A stretch of 64,000 nucleotides of DNA from the human T2T-CHM13v2.0 reference genome, Homo sapiens, in NCBI RefSeq assembly GCF_009914755.1, contig NC_060926.1, one strand, 5' to 3'. Shown here piece by piece: positions 54,437-64,000 of this stretch. The notes below the pieces were generated by a model. It made no database searches. It saw only the letters and a list, made by a program, of their open reading frames with translations, and was not told the origin of the DNA. The translations under genes were made by a program, and so were the position numbers. Position 1 is the stretch's first letter. Every line of letters begins with the position of its first letter.

Positions 54437-55584
54437 GTGGAATAGTGTTCTAATTTCCTTAATTCCATTTTGTGGAACAGAAGTAAAGTGGACCAAAACT
54501 AGCCACCAAAATACTTTCACTGTAAAAAATTCTAGGAGTATGATCACAATTTTCTTGCTTTCATAAATTAGTACTTTTATGGTATCAACAAAATTAGTTT
54601 AATAGATTGTTAAATGGCCAACAAAGACAGTACTTAGTTCAATTTCTACATAATATTTTCAGTCAATTATTTATTTTTTTCAAACATTTTGCAAACAAAC
54701 TTTGCTCTGCTGCCAACGTTCCTCTGATTCTTAGTTAATGAACAGAAAATGTTCCTACTTGGATAAAGTTTGCAAAGACCATGTGGTGAAAATGCACAGG
54801 GCCCCTATAATTCTAACTTAGAACCACACCAGGCTGTGGTGTGGAAAGGAAGGACTCTATTAACTATTTTAATAGCCAAGGAGTGAATAAGTTTAATCTT
54901 TCTCATTCTTTGGAGCAGTTTCCCAAAAGAAATTTGACCTTCCATGTTGGTTCCCAGAAATAAAAAAGAACCCCAAAATTATTCTCTCAAGTCTTTCAGA
55001 ATATTTGAAATTTAATAGTAGGCAAATAATTTACTTTTAAGAAAATACAAATAGTTTAAAATTTTACACTTTCAGGAAAGCTAACCTTTCATTGTAAGTT
55101 AATTGTCAGTATCAAATTTCTAGAGGAGAAGAGTCATAAATTTCCATTTCCCTACTTAACTTGGTGAATTAGGTAGAAAATCTAGGGTAAGTCACTTATA
55201 AAAGATTTGGAGGTTCTCTTTAGTACTTTTTGAGACTTTTTCTTCTTTCTTTTAAGTTCTGAATACTTGATGTCACTGAGACCTAGGCTGACTTTCTTCC
55301 CTTTCTTTTATTGAAAGTCCCAACCACGTTCAAGCATCCAGGGAAAACATTTTGGCTCTCTTTTTCTCAATCCAGGGAATAATATTTTTCTCCCTGCATT
55401 CAGGCCACTATTGCTAGGCATGTCCCTGATATCCACCATTTAAACAATCTTGCATTTCTATGGTGAGTCCGTACTTTCTCTACTTATACTTCCTTTTATT
55501 GTATTCAGTTTGCTTTGAAAGAAAATTCTTGGAAAGGATGGGGTAGGAGTTGGTGAGAGTGCATGAAAACAAAGATGTGCTGTG

Positions 55585-55730
55585 GAAACAGGCCGAGCTT
55601 TGGAATCAAACTGTCCTGGGTTTTAATACCTGCTCCTCAAACACTGTTTTGCTAGAAGAGTTTAGACAAATTACCCTCTGAGTGTCTCAATTCTCTTAGC
55701 AGTAAAATGGAAGTAATAATAATATAATTG
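55585..55730 (+). mobile_element. MIR
   Basis: gctttggaatcaaactgtcctgggtt...gtaaaatggaagtaataata. Confidence 0.75.
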
Positions 55731-56039
55731 CTTCTCCCAGAGAAGATGTCCTTTCCCCTGGCACTTTCCCTTACCTTTCCCACAAATCTGACTTAAATTT
55801 TACACCTATCAAGTCTTAGAGCAGGATCCTTTTCAACCTAGGCTCCTAGAATTTATTTTTTTCTTCTGGAGGGTAGACTCTAAGAATGAATTCTTCAAAT
55901 ACTGTCCTGATTAGAGGGGCTTTAGGCTGTACTACAGAAAATTTCATAAAAGCATACATATATATATTTGCTAGATTTAACTCCAGAGTAGAAGTCTTAA
56001 CAAGCTTTTCAAGACACGATATATAAAATCGGTTGAGTA

Positions 56040-56160
56040 TTGCCTCTGAAGTTTATTTGATTGATGAAATTGACCTAGATATGTAATTACTGTCTTCAGT
56101 TTCTGCATCTGTAAGATGGGGATTGCAATACTACCTAACACATAAATTCTTGCAAGACAA

Positions 56161-56197
<37 letters not shown>

Positions 56198-56250
56198 GAG
56201 AGAGAGAGAGAGAGCACCTATAGAGCCCATAGTGAATTAGCTTTTGCTAT
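56040..56250 (+). mobile_element. MIR containing a compound (CA)n(GA)n microsatellite at 56165-56214
   Basis: cagtttctgcatctgtaagatgggg core. Confidence 0.75.
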
Positions 56251-56336
56251 TTTTACCTGGTATAATGCAAAATGTGGTAGATTAAATTGAGTCGAGAATG
56301 AGAGATTTGGTTGACGACTTATAAATTCTCCCTATC

Positions 56337-56656
<320 letters not shown>

Positions 56657-56675
56657 AAATTCTCCCTATCATAAT

Positions 56676-57041
56676 TGTGCTCAGTTCAGTCAAAAATTCA
56701 CAAAGTATAGTAGACTGGCTGGCTCACAACAACATAAATTTATTTCTTACAGTTCTGGAGGCTGGGAAGCCCAAGATCAAAGCACTGACAGATTTGGTGT
56801 GGGGTTAGGGCTCATTTCCTAGTTCATAGATGGCTTTCTGTTCACTGTGTCCTCACATAATAGAAAGGATGAGAAGTCTCTGGGGTCTCTTCGATTAGGG
56901 CACTAACTCCATTTATGATAACTCTGCCCTCATGACTTAATCACCTCCCAAAGAACCCATATCCTATTACCATCACCCTGGAGCTTAGGGTTTCAACCTA
57001 TGAATTTGGAGGCAGGGGGACAGAAATATTTAGACCATAGC
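56676..57041 (-). mobile_element. MLT1A-like MaLR LTR
   Basis: cagttctggaggctgggaagcccaagatcaa...tagaccatagc. Confidence 0.88.
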
Positions 57042-57058
57042 TTACTTCAAAAATAAAT

Positions 57059-57104
57059 ACACACACACACAGACACATACACACCTACAAACACACACAC
57101 ACAT
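57059..57104. repeat. Imperfect (CA)n
   Basis: Direct reading. Confidence 0.85.
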
Positions 57105-58345
57105 ATATATAATTAATTGATCATCAATAAAGTTGTCTAGCCAATTCCACAGGGAAAGAAAAGTCTTTTCTACAAATGGCGCTGAAACAACTGGTTATCA
57201 GTGAGGAAAAACACACCAACCCTTTCCTTGCACCATACACAAAAAAATATTTTAAAATGGGTCATAGACCTAAAAATAAAACCTAGAACCATAAAATCAC
57301 CTGTAATAAAATATAAGGACTTTTAAGCCTTGGATTAGCCAAGGCTTTCTTGTTTAGAACACACACACAAAATCAATAAATTGGATTTTACCAACATTAA
57401 ATACTTTTGTTTCTACAGAAAGAGAGCAGAAAGCAAGCCAAGACTTGAAGAAAATATTTGAAAAAAAAAATCAGAGAAAGGATTTACATCCAGAATATAC
57501 AAAATATTCTTAGAACTCAATAATAAGACATACAACCTAATAAAATAAAATTTGATTAGGCTCTTCACCAAAGAAGACATATGAGTGGTGAATGAGTACA
57601 GAAGAGATGCTCAGCGGTATTATTCATTAGGTAATGGTAATTAAAGCTGCACAATCAATTAACATGTTCAAGGATGTCTAGAGTAAAAAAGACTGATTAT
57701 GCCAAATATTGACAAGGATGTGGAGGAAGTGAAGTTCTTATACCCTGCTGGTAGAAATGTGAAATGGTAAATTGGAAATGGTACATTTGACCAAAAGGTT
57801 CATTGGAAACAGTTTGACGGTTTTCTTAAAATTTTAGATATATACCTGTCATATGATTCAGCCATTTCACTCCTATTTATGCAAATAATTGATAACATAT
57901 GCCTATGCAGAAATTTGTATGCAAATGTTCATAGCAGCTTTATATGCAATAGCCAAAAACTGGAAACAATCCAAATTTACAGCAATAGATAAATAAACAA
58001 ACAAATGGGGTGCTGCAATACAAATGGAATACTACTTATCAATAAAAAGGCACACATTACTGATGCATGCAACACTATGGATGAACCTCAAGAATCATTG
58101 TGCTGAGTGTAAGAAGTTAGACACAAATATACATACTGTTAGTTACCACTAATATAGAATTCTAAGAAATGCAAACTAATCTAGAACAATAAAAGCGGAT
58201 TAGTGATTGCCTGGAGACAGGGATATAGGAAGAGATGGAATGGGAAGGAAGCACAAGAAAACTTTAGGATATTATGGAAACATTCAGAATCTTGATTGTG
58301 GTTATAGTTTCATGGGCATATGCATATGTTATACTTCAATAATTT
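57105..58345 (+). mobile_element. Old L1M (MC/MD/ME) 3' fragment
   Basis: ORF2 end and 3' UTR motifs (ttcaccaaagaagacatatg, gccaaaaactggaaacaatccaaat). Confidence 0.85.
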
Positions 58346-58744
58346 TATTATGGGATTTTAATGTGTTGCTAAAAACTAAAAAGAATTCTAAAAAAATGTA
58401 GTCTTAATTTATGTATTTTCAATTCTTTGACTTATTTGGAATGGATACTGTAACAAACTTGGTAAAAATGAAACTCCCAAGGCAAAATATGAGAGGAGAT
58501 GTAATGTTTTCTATATTGGAACATTGGTGTTTTTGTGTGTGTGTATGTGTGGGGAGCGTTTAAAAGATCATGAAGAGTATAAACTGAGCTACTAGTTGTA
58601 AAACATTTTCCATTTAATCCAAGGAAGTTCAAAGACACTGGGATAAATCCCTGCACATGAAAATGTGGGGGAGAGGAAAAGTTTTGCAGGCTTTCTCTTA
58701 AGAGAACATAGTCTTGGGGGCAGAGGTGCAGAATTTGGGATTTA

Positions 58745-59895
58745 AAATTTTTATTTATTTATTTTATTATTTTTGTTTATTTTGAATTTTTATTTTATTG
58801 GAAACTAAAACATTATAATTGTATGTATTTATGGGGTAAAAAGTGATCTTATATGTATAAAATGTATACACTGTGAAATGTGAAATGTCAAGCTAATTAA
58901 CATATCCTTCTCAAATTCTTATCTTTTCTGTTGTGAGAACAATTTCAAATTTATTCTCTTAGCAGTTTTTCAAATATACCATACATTTCTATTAACTATA
59001 GTGACCAACTGTCCAATAGATCACAAAAAACTTATTCCTACTGCATCCAGAATTTATTCCTTCTGGTGAGTTCTTCGTCTCGCTGACTTCAAGAATGAAG
59101 CCACGGACCTACACGGTGAGTGTTACAGCTGTTAAAGATGGTGTGTCTGGAGTTTGTTCCTTCAGATGTTCAGATGTGTCCAGAGTTTCTTCCTTCCAGT
59201 GGGTTCGTGGTCTTGCTGACTTCAGGAGTGAAGCTGCGGACCTTCACAGTGAGTGTTACAGCTCTTAAAGGTGGCGCATCCGGAGTTGTTTGTTCCTCCT
59301 GGTAGGTTCGTGGTCTCGCTGACTTCAGGAGTGAAGCCACAGACCCTCACAGTGAGTGTTATAGCTCATAAAGGTAGTGTGGACCCAAAGAGTGAGCAGC
59401 AGCAAGATTTATTGTGAAGAGCGAAAGAACAAAGCTTCCACAGCATGGAAGGGGACCTGAGCAGGTTGCCGCTGCTGGCTTGGGTGGGCAGCTTTTATTC
59501 CCTTATTTGGCCCCCCTCCGTGTCCTGCTGATTGATCCATTTTACAGAGCACTGATTGGTCCATTTTACAGAGTGCTGATTGGTGCATTTAGAAACCTTT
59601 AGCTAGACACAGCGCTGATTGATGTGTTTTTACAGAGTGCTGATTGGTGTGTTTACAAACCTTTAGCTAGACACAGAGTGCTGATTCGTGCATTTTTACA
59701 GAGTGCTGATCGGTGCATTTACAATCATTTAGCTAGATGCAAAGTGCTGATTGGTGCGTTTTTACAGAGTGCTGATTGGTGACTTTACAATCCTCTAGCC
59801 AGACAGAAAAGTTCCCCAAGTCCCCAGTCAACGCAGGAAGTCCAGCTGGCTTCACCGCTCTCTACTGTCTAAATGAAACTTCATACCATTTAACC
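58745..59895 (-). mobile_element. L1MA 3' end interrupted by LTR12
   Basis: cttattcctac|tgtctaaatgaaact is continuous L1MA sequence across the LTR. Confidence 0.8.
59042..59861 (-). mobile_element. Solo ERV9 LTR (short LTR12 type, 820 bp)
   Basis: TSD ctac (59038-59041, 59862-59865). gctgattggt subrepeats. AATAAAA box at 59493-59499 on the minus strand. Confidence 0.95.
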
Positions 59896-60699
59896 CATAC
59901 AAGTGTAGATTTTTTTTCTAATTTTTTTTTTTTTTGGTATATTCAGAATTTGATGTATTTAGGAGTAGATATTAAATCATACTATTAGCTTTTCAAGAAG
60001 GCCCAAATGCTTCTATGAAGACTTCTTTGTCAAAAATTAAAATACATGAGCACAAAGAGACCCACATAGACAGCAAATAAGTTTTACAAGCAATCTCATC
60101 TTGATAAGAGTTGTACAAAGATGGAAATGAGGGATGATTCCAGGCGTTTTAGGGGGAACACGGCAGATATCATTCTAACCCCCAAGACACTATGTTCTCA
60201 AGACCTCTTAGAACTAAGTGTTATCAGAAATAATTTGAGGAGGGCTTGGTCTTCAGAACAATCCTGGAGTCTTGACAGAAATCTAAAATCTCCAACAACT
60301 CCTACCCTTTAACCATACCCTAGGGGAAACTGATCTGTGGATATTACATGTGTGATTATGAAAGGTGAAGTTAAGTGAGAGGAGTTGGGGAATCTGGAAG
60401 ACAGTGAGCTCTCACTCTAACACTGTAAGAAACATGATCTCAGTAGACCAATAATTTGCCTCTTTATACATCTGTAAATAAATGGAATGTTTTCAAGAAT
60501 ATAAAAAAAAAAATCAGAAAATGACAAAATCTGACTCTGCCATTTCCTGTCAGGAGGGTTCTTGCTCATTACCTGGCCTGTTACGATACCCTGTATCCCA
60601 TCTCTTCAGCCTGAGAAAATAGTTTCTTCCTGGTGAAGGGTGAAGGAGTATTATGACAGTTTCTCATCAACATCAATCTTCAGGTCTCTTTACATAGAC

Positions 60700-61110
60700 C
60701 TTCTAATTCCAGGGCAGATACGTTAGTTTATTCCTCCCCAGAAGTGCTTATTCACTGGTCTATGCCCTAGGATGATTTATATTGACTAACTTTGAATATC
60801 TTTCCTCACTTTCATGTTCTGTATTAATTTTATCTGACCAGCTAGAGTCCACCTCCTTCTTGAACCTCATGGCTATCCACAAACCTAAGCTGCTTCTCCC
60901 ATAGTACATAAATTCTGCATCAGCTACTGCTTGTGCCAGTCTGTTCACATTTATTGCTGATTCCTTTGAATGATCAGTTATTTTCGTTTCCCTGGCTAGA
61001 TTATACTTTCCTCGATAACAGGAAGCAACTCATGTAATTATCTGGATTCTTTTCAGCATCCATCCTAATATCTGACACATAATGCTCAATAAATATTATG
61101 GATTAATGTA
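60700..61110 (+). mobile_element. L2 3' end
   Basis: Ends ctgacacataatgctcaataaatattatgg. Confidence 0.6.
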
Positions 61111-61194
61111 TAAGATGACATAATGGGAGTATAGTAAGGGTGCTGTATGTGAGTGAATTTTCAGAAATAGTAATAACACTTCCGTGTATCTGTA

Positions 61195-61410
61195 GATAAT
61201 GGCATTTGAGCTCATGAGTTTTGGCATCGGTTTAGTTGAAGTCTCAGCTGTCACTACTGGGGCAAGTCATTTAATCTCTGAGTATCAATTTCCTCATCTG
61301 TAAAACAGGAATAATACTTTCCTTATAAAGTTATTGTAAAGATCAAAGGAAATGTTCTTTGAAGTCATTAACATAGTACCTGTCTCAAATTCTCAATAAA
61401 TTGTAGCTCC
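61195..61410 (+). mobile_element. MIR
   Basis: tttcctcatctgtaaaacagg core. Confidence 0.85.
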
Positions 61411-61439
61411 ATATAGCCTTTAAAATTTCAACATTGTTT

Positions 61440-61610
61440 CAGATGATTTTACTTAATAATCCCAATAAGCTTCAATAATATAGAGAGACTCAATAATCTC
61501 CAATTTATTAATGTAGAAATTGAGATTGGCAGACATAGTAATTTGTCTAATGTCACACAGTTTGTAAGTGAAAGAGATGAGACTGAAATTCAAATTTTCT
61601 GATTCTATTT
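61440..61610 (-). mobile_element. MIR
   Basis: gtcacacagtttgtaagtg. Confidence 0.7.
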
Positions 61611-61879
61611 GTCCTGAATTATCTATTAATGAAGGGGCATTGTGGCAAGAGGCATGAGGTGATAATAAGTAATCCCAAATTTGTGATTATCATTGCATTT
61701 AAATTAATGAAACTGAAACTTAATATATCCTTGGATTTGGTGTTAATGGTGGCCCAGAACAGGTGCATTCTGATTCTTTAAACTAAGGTTAGTCATCACA
61801 CAGGAGCACCAACCTACTAAAAGGAGGACTAGGTGGCCAGTGAGAAACAAGCAAAAGACAAAGAAGAGAAGAGTGTAGT

Positions 61880-62343
61880 CTACTCCCTAAAATCTATTTC
61901 ATCTATTATGTCCCAGATTTTTATGTTATGTAATCACACTTGTCAGTAACTGATTCTGAAGTGAGCATGTGATCCAATTCTGGCCAACAGAGAATGAAGA
62001 GAAGTTGCCAACAGGGGCTTCTGGGAAATTACATTTTGCTCCCAAGGACCTATAAAAGCTAATCTCTTTTCTTCTCCTAATTGTTGTCATGTATAGATGT
62101 GCCTCCTGAAATTGTTACAGCTATTTCATCACTAGTAAAAGGGAAGAGCTACCTCCAAAAATGGAAAAGCAAGATATAAGAATAATCTCTGCCTTTGATA
62201 ATATCTTTGAGCATGTGACCTAACCTCTCTGGAATCCACTGGATTTCCAGTAAAATGAAAATATGAAAACATTATCATGTGATTTAAGCCAATTTTAATC
62301 AAAGTTTCTACAACTTGTAGCTGAGAGAATCTTCACTATTACA
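61880..62343 (+). mobile_element. MLT1J-like LTR
   Basis: gcatgtgatccaattctggccaa...cttgtagctgagagaatcttcactattaca. Confidence 0.75.
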
Positions 62344-63086
62344 GTGGGTCTCAGAAAACTTTAGGAAATGAGAATAAGAGAGGAGAATGTTGTCCCTACA
62401 CTGAAGATTGAAAAAATATCACAAAGATTGAACCTAATAATAGCTTTTAATCCAAAGATCCATTAATCTGGGCAGACTGCATTTTGTAGCATCTCCAAAT
62501 GTGACAAGCATTTCAAACCTTGCTTGTCAATGTGTTTAAAATGTGCATGACATTTTCAAGGAGAGGAAATCAAGTAATTGCCTGAGCGAATGGTCTTTTT
62601 GGAGTTTTCTTAAACTAATGCTTCCCCCTTCAGTAGGTGAAAATAAAATGTGTGGGTGGAGGTGGGGAGAGGGACTTCAAATTGCTTTTTAAAAAAAACC
62701 TCAAATGTTATCTGTCTCTTTTGATGTAATAAACCATGGGAATTCCTAGGTAGGCGCTTGATAAGCAGAAAATCAGATGAGAAACTTCATCAAAGCGAAA
62801 TTCCCAGAAGAATTTGGGCCTGTCAGTTGGGAGGATTTACCACAGTGAGATTTTCTAGCTAATGGTTTCATTTTGCCTAAATCACATAATCTCTATGTCT
62901 CACCTCTTTCTGGTCACAAAACAAAAATACTAAATACTGTCCAGCCTATATCTCACAGTGATAGTGAAATGATAATATTATTATTTATACATTTTCCCAG
63001 CACTTAAAAATGTCTTCCACATAGTAGAAGCTCAACAAATATTTGTAAAGGGGCATGAAGTACTTTGAATTTAAAGAGTCTAAACA

Positions 63087-63448
<362 letters not shown>

Positions 63449-63576
63449 TTATTCTGCCTGACATCAATTATGATCTCAAATGCCTGGGAAACAATTTATT
63501 GGTCTGGTTTCTGAAAAATATCAGACTATCATTGTCACAAGTTCTTGATATTTAAGGCTTAAAATAGATATATTTA

Positions 63577-63877
<301 letters not shown>

Positions 63878-64000
63878 ATTTAGTTGGAAGTATTTCTTGT
63901 AAAACAAGATTTTATTTTTTGTCATAGTGTTCTTAAAGTTATATTCATATTTTATAAAGAAATATTTAAACTTGCTTTATTCTATTGCTTATCGGGAAGG

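Overview
AT-rich primate (catarrhine/hominoid, probably human) non-coding DNA, judged from AluY/AluS, LTR12, L1PA/L1M, MIR, L2 and MLT content. I found no credible protein-coding gene, RNA gene, pseudogene or CRISPR array. The supplied ORFs are incidental frames in repeats or AT-rich DNA. Repeat family names come from remembered consensus sequences, not a database search. TSDs and motifs were read directly from the sequence. Most notable: (1) a minus-strand MER61-type solo LTR with a 19/20 p53 element and a TATA box pointing into a closely spaced inverted Alu pair, a candidate p53-inducible dsRNA unit (hypothesis only); (2) an old inverted duplication of the 3' end of a Charlie1a transposon plus its flank, later interrupted by two LTRs; (3) two independent solo LTR12 elements 4.1 kb apart in direct orientation, inside a cluster of four co-oriented LTRs; (4) several weak enhancer or non-coding exon candidates in repeat-poor stretches.
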